DNA of 56,205 nt, the filler included, from Dugesia japonica (taxonomy: Eukaryota): the NCBI GenBank assembly GCA_001938525.1. It is 5 parts of 5 records of this genome, joined end to end, with 100 filler letters (N's around TTAATTAATTAA, not from the genome) between each part and the next. Parts side by side here need not be neighbours in the genome. Positions count along the whole stretch, not along the records: positions 13,146 to 21,580 come from MQRL01639989.1; positions 21,681 to 35,670 come from MQRL01487508.1; 3 more parts are not named here. The stretch is one strand, 5' to 3'. Each line of letters begins with the position of its first letter. Position 1 is the first letter of the stretch. The notes below the pieces were generated by a model. It had not been told where the DNA came from, ran no database searches, and saw only the letters and a list, made by a program, of their open reading frames with translations. The position numbers were made by a program, and so were the translations under genes. Positions 13,146-23,974 of this stretch are shown one piece after another.

Positions 13146-13289
13146 CTTAATTTTAATTTCTGAACTGATCTTGGAAGATTTGAAAAATATTTTCCATCAT
13201 GAAATAAAACAGTGATATCTAAATCACACAATAGTCAAATCAATAAAGAAGTCACAAATTTCTGAGTGTTATTTTCATTTTTAAATTTG

Positions 13290-13960
13290 CGTAGTGCTCT
13301 TCTGCCTTTGGTCCACGATTTTCACATCTTTACACTTTACTTCTTGGCACAATCTTTCCATATGGCTAACCTTTCCACAAACAAAGCATGTTGTTAGTTT
13401 TTATCTTTTCACACCGACTTAGATGTTCTTTATTATGACAAGTCCAACATTCAGCTACGTGTTTCGTCTGACAATTTGATTTAGCATGCTGATATTATGT
13501 CATAAACAACATTCAATATTTCGTTTTTCCTTCTTTTGATCTACATTTCTCCTCACTGTTTAATTTACAGGTTTCTGATATTTTTGACTTGTAACTCTTT
13601 CGTAACTTGAAACCTCATCAACTTAATCTTTTTTTCTGTACTCGATCTACTAACTTCACTGTTTCTTCCATTTCTCCTATATTCTTTCGTATCAGCAAAG
13701 TCTCATCTTCATCAATTTTATTTGTTATCGAAACAATAAACTACCACTTTGTTACCATTTTCCTTCTGTAAAATCTTTATTTGTAAATAATCGTTTCACT
13801 TAATCTTTTACATTCTTACAATAAAATTGAATCTTTTTATTTCCACGCTTGTAGTTAATTAAACTTCAAAAATCTTTGATAACATCTTTCTCTTTCTCAA
13901 ATGCCAAACGAAAATGAGCCTCAAACCCGACAACCTTTTTCAACGTCTTTGCATGTTCTT
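13290..13960 (-). pseudogene. Gypsy-type gag remnant with zinc knuckles
   Basis: CWTCHNKEHL and CFVCGKVSHMERLC knuckles; upstream FEAHFRLAFEKEKD..LNYKRG segment resembles the gag remnant at 50640. Confidence 0.55.
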
Positions 13961-13965
13961 CCAAC

Positions 13966-14061
13966 AATTATAAAGATGATCAAGTAGCTCAGATAATAGC
14001 CAAGAATTCAATGTATCTACCAGTTGCCACTTCATGTATAAAAATATAGAAATCAATATAT
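13966..14061 (+). pseudogene. Second Polinton penton fragment
   Basis: GATGATCAAGTAGCTCAGATAATAG...CTACCAGTTGCCACTTCATGTATAA..ATAGAAATCAATAT is a near-identical reverse complement of about 1290-1385. Confidence 0.85.
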
Positions 14062-14959
14062 CCCAACCAATTTCAAAATTAATAACCAAAATTAATCATC
14101 GCATATTCTTCCAACAAAAACATTTGTAGGGACACTTGGGGTGTAGGTTGTGTAGAATTTATGTCAACTTGAATCGAAATTATAAATAAATTTTACTAAC
14201 AATTTTTTTACTGGAATATATAATAGCAATATAAAATAATTGAAAACAAAATTAACTGAAATTAATTTTTAACAAATTTTATTTACAAGATAAAATATTT
14301 ACTGTTTTTATTTGATTATTTATCAATTCTCCCAAAATTTATATTCAATTTTTTCTGTAGGATGCCAAGCACGTTTGATTTAAATTCTTCAAATTTCAAT
14401 TTGATTATTTCTTTTATATGTTTTATCGGTGGTTCTCAAGATTTTTTAAATTCAAAATTATTATTCTTATTTTTCTGTCAATAATTATTATTGACCATTC
14501 TTGCCATTTTTTAAATATTTTTTCTATTACTATTATACATATACGCGTGTATATGTATATACATAAACAAGTAAGTAGATTGATCAGCATGACCTCACTA
14601 TTTTGATTGATCAATTTTAAACGATTATGATTAGTCAATTCGGAATGATCTTGAAATTTGATGGACAAAAGTAACAAAAAGATAATATTGTTTAAATATT
14701 CAGTAATTGTTCAGTAATTTAATAAGTGTTGTTAGATATGTGGTAAGGACAATCATTTTTTTAATAATTGTAGCTTATTGCAAAATAACACAAAAATGTT
14801 CAGTGTATTCATGAAGAAAATAATTCAGACGATCTAGCATATAGTAATGACGATATAAAACATGATGAAAGCAGAGATTTCGAAGAGAAAGATATTGGAG
14901 CTTTTACATATGATCAAAACACAAACAGACAAGATCATAATTTAAACGACAGACGCTCC

Positions 14960-15370
14960 ACGGCATACATTTCGTCTGTGGAGTCGTTGAATTAAATGCT
15001 GCAAATGCAGGAAATCGAAATGCTATGATGTTCAAGAAGCCAGATGGTAGATGGTGGAGTTTGATTGAATGTTGTGGAAAGATGATAGAGATGTTATTGG
15101 ATACGGGCGCAGCAGTAACGGTGATGTCAGAAGATAAGTGGAGAATGTGCGGAAATCCGACATATCTCTTAGAGGAGCATTTGGTGCTAAAGCAATAACA
15201 TGTTTACGAGAGTTTAAAGCTTTGGTTAGTTGGAATGGAATGATTAAGAATATCCATATTACGTAGTTAAAGACATATAAATTTGTCGGTGGTATGAATA
15301 TTATTTCAGCTTTTGGATTGAAGCTTTTATAGAGAGTTGCAATGAATTTGATAGATTCGGAAGTCTTAGG
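14960..15370 (+). pseudogene. LTR-retrotransposon aspartic protease remnant
   Basis: EMLLDTGAAVTVMSEDKWRMCGNP..LRGAFG..VGGMNIISAFG. Confidence 0.75.
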
Positions 15371-15380
15371 TTTCACATAT

Positions 15381-15560
15381 GTAATGATAAATTAGTCTAT
15401 CCGATAGAGAATCTTATTTTGAGTAGGGAAAACATAGTTACAAATCATCAAACCTTGTAGATAAAAAGGTGTAAAGATAAAACAAAGTGAAAAAATAGTC
15501 ACTATTAGGAATCGAACCACCACTGATGAGTTGTAAAAACTGATATTACTACTGGACCAA
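15381..15560 (-). mobile_element. tRNA-derived SINE-like repeat, copy 1
   Basis: About 180-bp inverted copy of 17607-17789; A-box-like TGGTCCAGTAG and B-box GGTTCGATTCC on the minus strand. Confidence 0.7.
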
Positions 15561-15949
15561 GCAGTAATTATTAATTAATTTAAATTATGTGAAAAGTATA
15601 CTTTTTTAATAATAATTAAAATAAACGGTGAGCATTTAATAAAAGCATCAAGTTCCACTTGATTTCATTACATTTTTCATATAATTCTTAAAATCGTGAG
15701 CATAATTTTTGTTTTTTAATGGTCAAGTTGAATGGATGGTGAAAATCTAATGAAATCCAAGAAAGGTTATGGAACTTAGTATATTTATTAAACTTTTATA
15801 TAAATTTATTAAAATTTTAAGTAACTTAAAAACAATTTACACATATTTTAAAACTTAGTCTTCATTTTGTATTTGTAATTTTTAAAGCAAGTCAAATTTA
15901 ATTTTGAAATATGAAAAGTTTACATTTATTGCAAACAATACTTCAAAAA

Positions 15950-16820
15950 AACCACAATATAAGCATTTCATTTGAATTATGAATTAAACTTGCACTTGAC
16001 AACTAATATGTATGGTACAAATACTTACAATCTAAATTCTTGGAATAGCTTATCCAGAGAAATTCATAAATCTTTATTTCGGTCTTTGTGGAAAAATGGC
16101 AAAATAATACTATCAACCAATTCATTATTTCAGCAATAAAATTATCTCCATTTACAAATAAACTCATTTTTAAAAGCTAAATAAATGAATTTGGATGGAA
16201 TTTGTTTCACAAAGCTCGAACTAATGGACTGTCAACAAGAGCACGACCATGGAATAAAACCACTGAAGAAAGATGTTGTCGAAAATGTCATTTATCTCAT
16301 GAAACATTGTGTCATGTCATACAAAAATGCAATTTAAATCTAGAAATTATTAAACAAAGACATAACAGAGCTTAAAGTTAATAACAAATGAATTGAATAA
16401 CCGTGCATTAATTGTTGTCGTAGATCATATGTGCTCTTTAGTTCCAGAGTCAAAGGAGAGAGTCGATTTGATGATTACCAACATAGAAAAGAAGCAAATT
16501 TTGTTAGTAGACGTTAAATGCCCAATTGATTTAATGCACAATTTTGAGAATATTGATAAAGCAAATCTTGAAAAATATGCCAAATTGAAACTACAAATTC
16601 AAACGATTAAATAAGATTTCAAAGTAGATTTATTTACCTGTATCATAGGATCACTTGGCTCTATACATCATTCAACAGAAAAAATTCTTATAAAAATTGG
16701 TGTGCAGAAATCCCAGATTAATAAGCTTCTAAAATCATGTGTAATCTCAAACATTGCATTCTCAGCAAATATTTGGAAATTTCACAAAACTGGAACTTTT
16801 ATCACGGAAAATATTAATTA
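15950..16820 (+). pseudogene. 3' part of a non-LTR retrotransposon with CCHC finger and restriction-like endonuclease (NeSL/R5/R2 group)
   Basis: KARTNGL..CRKCHLSHETLCHVIQKC..RHN, RVDLMI..LVDVKCP, NLEKY, IIGSLGS, IWKFH. Confidence 0.88.
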
Positions 16821-17606
16821 AAATTAGTTAAAACTTAAAAAGACATTATTAGTATTTTGTTTTTTAAAAAGGAAATGTTTATCAACATTTTAAAAATGAA
16901 AATTAAGCCTTAATATTCGAGTAAAAATAAAACCTTTCAAAATAAAATCAATTTAAGATAACTTGTTAATCTCTAAGATTTTATAAAATTTAATAAAATT
17001 ATAGTTATTGAAATATTTAGTAATTTTTAATGAGACGAATGCTACTATTTTGTAAGCTAACTGAGTATAATAATCTAAAATTTTCAAAATAGAAAATAAA
17101 AATAAATTGTAAAAAGGGAACAAATTTTAAAATGAAATGAAAATTAGATAATTTGAAAATATTTAAAATTGTCTAATAATTTTATTGAAGTTACTTACAC
17201 TAGTATTGATTATTGTTGGTATTGATATTTGTTATCTGTAACTCAGTTCTAAGCTGCACTCAATATGGAAACTGATGGAAATAATATATTATTTTTTTTA
17301 ACAAATATTTTAAATCGATTTATACATTTTCAAATTTTAATAATATTATGCAAAATGAATCAGCAGACACCAATCGGTTATGTTTCCAAATCAGTTAATA
17401 ACCAAACTGTTTCAATTAAAGAAAGAATTGCAATCTTAGAATCCTCAAATAATTCGATGATGTCCAAATTTCAAATGCTCATGGACTTGTTCAAAGTATT
17501 AACATAAATCAAAATGAAAGTTGAAGTTTAAATTAGTTCCAAGCAGAACTCGATATAAAACTACTGAAAATGAAACAATTTGTTATATTTAATAAATATT
17601 TTAAAT

Positions 17607-17789
17607 GTTCCAGTGGTAATAACAGTTCTTTTACAACTCATCAGTGGTGGTTCGATTCCTGTTAATGACTTTTTTTTCACTTTGTTTTATCTTTACATCT
17701 TTTTATCTACAAGATTTGATGATTTGTAACTATGTTTTCCCTACTCAAAATAAGATTCTCTATCGGATAGACTAATTTATCATTACATT
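17607..17789 (+). mobile_element. tRNA-derived SINE-like repeat, copy 2
   Basis: CCAGTGGTAA...GGTGGTTCGATTCC head; body matches 15381-15560. Confidence 0.7.
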
Positions 17790-18055
17790 CCAGTTACTCT
17801 TTCCAAAATTCACAATTCCCTCCCTGATTCCCAAAAATGAAGTACATGTTTTTTCTATTTTACTTTTTATGTATAAGGTTTGTTGATTTTTAACTACGTT
17901 TTTCCTACTCAGCTTTAAATTCTCTATCTAATTGATACATTGATGTTCAAATTTGAGTTACTCTTTCCAAATTTCATAATTCCCTCCCGGACTCCCAAAA
18001 ATAAAGTACATGTTTTTTCTTTTTAACTTTTTATCTATAAAATTTGGTGATTTTA
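17720..18055 (+). repeat. Imperfect tandem duplication, unit about 165 bp, continuing the SINE body
   Basis: GTTACTCTTTCCAAA.TTCA.AATTCCCTCCC.GA.TCCCAAAAAT.AAGTACATGTTTTTTC at about 17793 and about 17958. Confidence 0.8.
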
Positions 18056-18884
18056 GGTCTAGATATTTAGAACCAGTGAAAGATTCCCTACCTGATTAAT
18101 ACCTCATTGACCAATTTGAGAAACATTTTGAATTTTCGAAAAAAGTTACCAAATCCGGGAGGACAGCTGAATATCTTCGTTAGGAAGCATTTTTACAGAG
18201 ACGATATTTTAACTTTGCATAATCACTCAGTAGGAAAACTCATGAGTAAAATAATACCAAATTTGAAACCATACGAGTTATGTACGCAGAAAAAATTGAG
18301 AACCAAAATTCAAAATTTGAGATTTTTCACCACAAAATCCTATTTATTTCATCGGATATTAACTTTGACGATTTTAGGTTTATATATTTGCAATCAGCAA
18401 ATAATTCTCTATCTAATGGATATGATTACTTTATGTAAAAATGAGAAATAATTTTTTCGAAAAATTTTTATTTGTGAAAAATACTTACCATTGAATTCTC
18501 CATCGATTCATGTAAAAATATTGACAAAAAAAATTTTCCTAAAATTTTCGAAATTTCGGATGTTCTACCGGATGCCTATAAAAATTTGATTTAAAAATTT
18601 TAAAAATCTGAAAATTTCAACAAAAATGACTTAATTTCATCAATTTAACACAAAAGTTTAAAATAATTTTAAAAACTTGAAATATTAAACAAATTCAAGT
18701 TTTTCGCCTAAAAATTACCCAAACTGACGAAACCTGAGGACAAATATGACCAAGATTACCTAAACCGAGTAAATAACTGACCATATTCGACCTAACCGAA
18801 AAAATTCTCAACTAAATACTCATGAAAAAATCTACTGCTTAAAAAGCCTATAAATATTTTCCCAACTAAATACACAGTAAAAAT

Positions 18885-19148
18885 AAAAAATACTGGATCC
18901 CTTAAGTAATAATCTCGCGATGAAACTAATCGCGCACACATGATTTTTGTTTTCGCCTAAATACGCGTAAAAAGTACTGGATCACTTATGTAATAATCTC
19001 TCGCTGAGATTAATTACATTATATAACGCACACAAATGTGTGCCGCCGCCTATTTACTTTAAAAAATACTGGATCACTTATGCAATAATCCGATTACGTC
19101 AACGAGAGGGTGCGGGGGAAGGGTCATCCAGTCTGCTACTATCTACCT
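18885..19148. repeat. DNA-transposon-like end: three subterminal repeats about 85-90 bp apart plus a putative terminus
   Basis: AAAAxTACTGGATCxCTTAxGxAATAATC x3, then ..CAGTCTGCTACTATCTACC, whose reverse complement resembles GGTAGATAGTGGCGAACTG at 7557. Confidence 0.55.
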
Positions 19149-19305
19149 ACTCTACAGTTCTTAAAGAAAGGGAGAGTAATAATAATATAATATTGTTTAA
19201 ATATTCAGTAAATGTTTTATAATAAATTTTTGAAAAGCTTATTATTATCTAATGTGTCAAGATGGTATTGTAACTACAAAATTCAACATATTTTCTACAG
19301 TCTCA

Positions 19306-19353
19306 CCCAAGTCGAAAATACGTGACAGTGGGGTTTGTGACCATATGAGTTAA
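19306..19353 (-). repeat. piggyBac-like terminus (TTAA) of a non-autonomous element; related end at 20675-20720
   Basis: Reverse complement TTAACTCATATGGTCACAAACCCCACTGTCACGTATTTT vs ATAACTCATTTGATCGCAGACCCCACTGTCATGTATTTT. Confidence 0.5.
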
Positions 19354-21086
19354 GTAACAGTTGCGTTGTAATTCCTTACAACTTTGCGGATCCGAGTTTA
19401 GTCAACTATTGACGATGATGACTGATTGTATCTAAACAATTGTGGGGGTGTTCAATCTATGTCCGAATGTGTACGGACGGAAGCACTTCTACCAGAGATG
19501 CACATACAGTAATCGAGCTTAGCTTAGTTAAAGCTACGCAAGCTGATCGATAAGTTTAATTATGAACGGACTCGATGGGATGCTAACAGACCTTGATGAA
19601 TTCACTCCGTCGCATTGTACATGTCGGAGGAGGTAATGTAATATTATGGAAGAAACAAAGACTGTTTCTAAGACAATGAATCAAAATAAATAATAATTAA
19701 TAATAATTTATTAATTTAAACTTTTAACTTATAAAAAATTTAATAAATGTCTTATTTCATATTTTTAAGCTCGTAAAGTCATTAAAAATTTACTTGAAAC
19801 TCAATTTTGCAACACAAAAGCTGCATGCATGCAATACACAAACATTTTAGCACATAGCTACCTTTGGAAACCTATAGATCAATTTCAATGGCCTAGTAAA
19901 ATCTTGCATTGAAACCTAAAAATCAAAAACGGACACCCATTCTGTCGCGATTTAAATTTTTTAAATATTTAATTACACACATGCACACACCATCACCTAG
20001 AAAATATCAAACCTTAACACCATTATCTGTCCTCATTCTTTCTTTTTCATTCAAACCGAAATTTATCTAAATCCAAATAAAACGTGCAACACTAAATCTT
20101 TTAAACTGAAAAGCGATAACGCGTCACTGTAACCAACAGCAACATTTTTGTAAATAGTTATCTATGACATTTATTACAGATTTACAAGACATATTCGAAT
20201 ACATCATCGAAACCTAAAAAAAATTTTAAAAAAATTTATAGAAAGATTAAGAAAAAGATTAAAAAAATTAAATGAAAAAGGAAAGAAAAGAAAACAATTT
20301 AAATTTCCGGCCAAAATAAAATAAAACAAAATTTTAAATTTCTCCACAAAGCAAAATTTGAAATTCCTGCTAAATCTACTTATTAATTAAAACAAAAAAA
20401 TTTAAATTTCCGGTAATTAGATTTAAATAAAACAAATATACGATTGATTAATCAGAATGACCTCACTATTTTGATTGGCCAATTCGGAATGATCTTGAAA
20501 TTTAATAAATCAATTAAACTCCTCTCCTCCCTTGCCTCATCTCCCTGCAACACTCTAAACAAACAAACAGATAAAAATCAATAATCAATCAAGAATTTGC
20601 ACTTGCACTTGTCCTTGTACTTGCAATTGAACTTGAATTTACACTTAGAAAATCAATAATCAATAAATGCGTGATAACTCATTTGATCGCAGACCCCACT
20701 GTCATGTATTTTTTTGAGGTTGGATAGAAAATTATTTTTCGACCAATCAAATTTCTAGGTCATTCTGAATTGACCAATAAAAATAGTGGGGTCATGCTGA
20801 TAATTGTACCTACTCTCTCTCACACACACATATATACATAAACTATTTTTAAAAAACAATAAAAACAATAACATTAAAGACGTATTAGTACACTTGGAAT
20901 GCAAACAGCTCAAAACGTAATTTCAAAAAATGGAAACGTTTTGCCATCATTGAAAGTAAATGCAGTGTCTGAATTCAGCAATTTCATGTTTTTGAACAAA
21001 CATTCAAAACGGATAACAACAAGCTTAACTCTTTAATTGTTCATCTATTATAGTTGATTTCTCATTACTAATTTTTTGACGATCTA

Positions 21087-21580
21087 TTAGGTCTAAAAGT
21101 TAATTTTGTGGATTTTCTTTGTTTAAATATTTCATTTTATAAATAATAATTTATCAATTTTTTAAAATAAATTTTAGATAAGTATTATTCAAGCTTTTAA
21201 AAAAATGATTGGTATGATTTGTAAAAGTTTAATTTTATTTTGATTCTCATTTTAGTATTACCATGTATAAACCAACTAAAGAGCACTTGTGGCATTCATT
21301 GTTATTATTATTTAACCTAAAGAAAACAACTGCTGAAAGTTACCGTCTAATTCTGGAAGCATATGCCAATTTGGTTTTATCTCAAGACACATGTGAACGG
21401 TGGTTTAACCGATTCAGGAATGGAGATTTTGACTTGAGTGACAAGGTTCGCCCTGGTCAAGCAAAGAGATTTGAAGATGAAGAATTAGAAGTCATATTAA
21501 CTGATTTAACACACAAACACAACAACAGATAGCTAAGCTATTAAATGTTTCTCAACGTGCCATTTCTAGTCGTCTACATC
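21087..21580 (+). mobile_element. 5' half of a second mauritiana-like mariner, cut by a linker
   Basis: TA + TTAGGT.. TIR; ORF 21263 MYKPTKEHLWHSLLLLFNLKKTTAESYR..TCERWFNRFRNGDFDL. Confidence 0.92.
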
Positions 21581-21680
21581 NNNNNNNNNNNNNNNNNNNN
21601 NNNNNNNNNNNNNNNNNNNNNNNNTTAATTAATTAANNNNNNNNNNNNNNNNNNNNNNNNNNNNNNNNNNNNNNNNNNNN
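21581..21680. other. Artificial contig linker 44N-TTAATTAATTAA-44N
   Basis: Exactly 100 bp, same as the other three. Confidence 0.97.
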
Positions 21681-21724
21681 ATACTACAGAAAAATGGGTA
21701 CTCCCACATTTAGGAAGAGATAAC

Positions 21725-21850
21725 CTGGCGTTAATTAGGAAGAAATTAAGGAAGTATTACAGGAAGATTAAAGGAAGACTTAATTAAGGAAAATTAAAAG
21801 GAAGATTAAAGAAAGACTTAATTAAGGGAAATAAAAGGGAAAAATTAAGA
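21725..21850 (+). repeat. Short purine-rich tandem repeats in the element leader (LTR/5' UTR)
   Basis: GGAAGATTAAAG.AAGACTTAATTAAGG.AAAT repeated twice, plus degenerate copies. Confidence 0.7.
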
Positions 21851-22204
21851 AAGGTGGTTGTGGGAGCTGTAATTACAAGTGTAGAGCAGCATGATATTAA
21901 AATAAGTTTAAAATCAGGAAGAGGAGTGATTGTCTCTTAAGTAAAGACAATTAGAAGTAAATTTTTATTCTAGAAAGTAAAACTACAAAATAGCACAAAA
22001 GCAAACCGAAGCGGATTAAGAAACCAAAAAGCCGGACTCTGACAAAACAGATTGCGACTCGGAAAATAAAAAACCACTTACAAGGTCTAACACATCCGGA
22101 TTATCTACCCCAAATTCAATTCTCAAAGAAACCCAACTTACCCGACCCAGGTCATCAAGGAAGCAAAAGAAATCGTCACTCTATTTGGACCAGGAAGAGA
22201 ACAT

Positions 22205-23700
22205 TTGTTCGCTCAAGAAAAAGAATTCGACAAATCAGCCTCCTTATCCAAAACTAAAACTTTAGAAACCATCAGTTCAAACAGTAGTCCGAATGACAAA
22301 GAAAACCAAACTAACCTAAAAACAATATCCAGTAAAACCCCAGAAGTTAGTAACAGATCAAGTGGAATAAGTTATACATCAGAGGAATCAGAAATCATCG
22401 AACTAATAACTAGTAATCAAGAAAACACCGACTCACTGATAATAAAACCAAGAGACTTAGGAAACGAAACACCCTCAACAATAAATAAAAACCCAAAAAT
22501 AGAATTCAATCTCAAAAAAGACAAAAACATGACCACTAAAACTGAAAACCAACGACCGGAGTGGAAAATAAAATTCGATAGCGAATATTTAAGTGGAATA
22601 CCAGAAAAGTTGGATGAATTTATCCAAAATTACGAAATGTATGCCAAAACCTGTGGCTGGGACGAGGAAGCGAAAAGAAAGCGGTTACCAGTTTACTTAA
22701 CGAGAGTAGCCCAAACCGTGTTTTAGGATCACACCAAGGGCATGGAAGCCATCCCCGAAAAATGGGAAGATATAATAAAGATATTGACGGACAACTTCCA
22801 AAATTTAAAACTGACTGGTCAGGATTTCGAGCAATTTACCAACCGGAAACAACAGCGAGGGGAAACCCCACAAGCTTATATGATGGAACTCAAGAGTCGA
22901 GGCAAACTGGCCTTAGGAGATAAACTAGAAGACATTCAAGTGTTAGCTATATTCTTAAATGAATTACGCGACGAGAACGCAAAGCTAATGGTAAAGTGGA
23001 GTAAGCCAGTGACTCAACAGGACGCCTTGGTCACGTTGCGAATTGTAGCAGATAGACCATCCGAACGAATATTCAAAGTAGAAGGACAGACAGAGGAAAC
23101 TACACCGCGGATATCGGATTTCATACCAAACACACAATCTATGATGAAAACCCTGACCCCAGGGCAGGAACGGAACAGCAGAAATGATAGATCTAACTAC
23201 CCCCGAGGAAATGGCGGAGGATTTAATGCACCTCGTCACAATTGGCAAAATAACCGGAATATACAATGTAATTCCTGTGGAAGGAGGGGACATATAGCCC
23301 GAGATTGTAGGAGTAGAGGCAATAATAATAAAAACAATTGATTTTGTACTTACTGCAAGAAAACCAACCACAATGTAGAAACATGTTTTCTGAAAATCCC
23401 CACTGTCTGTTATAAGTGTAACAGAAGAGGTCATCTGGCAAAAGAATGTCCAAACGGAAACCAAAAAAATTATATCCGAAATCCGAATACAAATCTGGAT
23501 AATCTAATGCAGGAAAATGAGAGATTAAGGCAACGAGTAAACCAAAACANNGGACAAGTCAACTTAGTGCAGCAGAATACTTTTGACGACGTGTACCACA
23601 AAGTCCAACAAGAAAATGATTAGCTCAAGTGGCAAAACCAAGATTTGCAGGTGCAGCAGGATAGACTAGGAAAAAGAAACTGGCTAAACGAACCACACAA
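22205..23700 (+). pseudogene. gag: Gag: capsid domain, three CCHC zinc knuckles and a coiled coil; has stops and a frameshift
   Basis: LDEFIQNYEMYAKTCGWDEE..LPVYL, W..I...L...F, RKQQRGETPQAYMMELK, FLNEL; knuckles CNSCGRRGHIARDC, CTYCKKTNHNVETC, CYKCNRRGHLAKEC. Confidence 0.93.
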
Positions 23701-23974
23701 GAATCAATGTAATATGGTCAGAACACATAGACTTATTTATAATTACCGAAATGGAGGACACTCGGAAATGAATACTGATTACGTCACCAGAATTCGAGTG
23801 GACCAATGAAATCATCCATAAAACAACAAAAACATCAATGACAACCGCCGGAAGAAGACGAGTGATGAATCAGTTACTCCGGTTATATCAGCACCCACAA
23901 GTACATGGAAACGTCAAAGCAAACTGGCAGAAAATAATATCAGATTACATCACTGAGCTCTATAAAGAAACTAA

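Noticed and set aside
17607-17665. Functional tRNA gene
   Set aside because: B box is present but there is no complete cloverleaf, and it is attached to a repeated body, so it is called SINE-like.
18885-19090. CRISPR-like spaced repeats
   Set aside because: Only three imperfect units with related spacers, eukaryotic context, no cas genes; better explained as transposon subterminal repeats.
19360-19660. GC-richer coding-like patch
   Set aside because: No sustained ORF or recognisable motif in any frame.
21720-21745. Primer-binding site at TGGCGTTAATTAGG and an LTR boundary
   Set aside because: No canonical ..CA LTR end just upstream and no second LTR to compare; cannot be supported.
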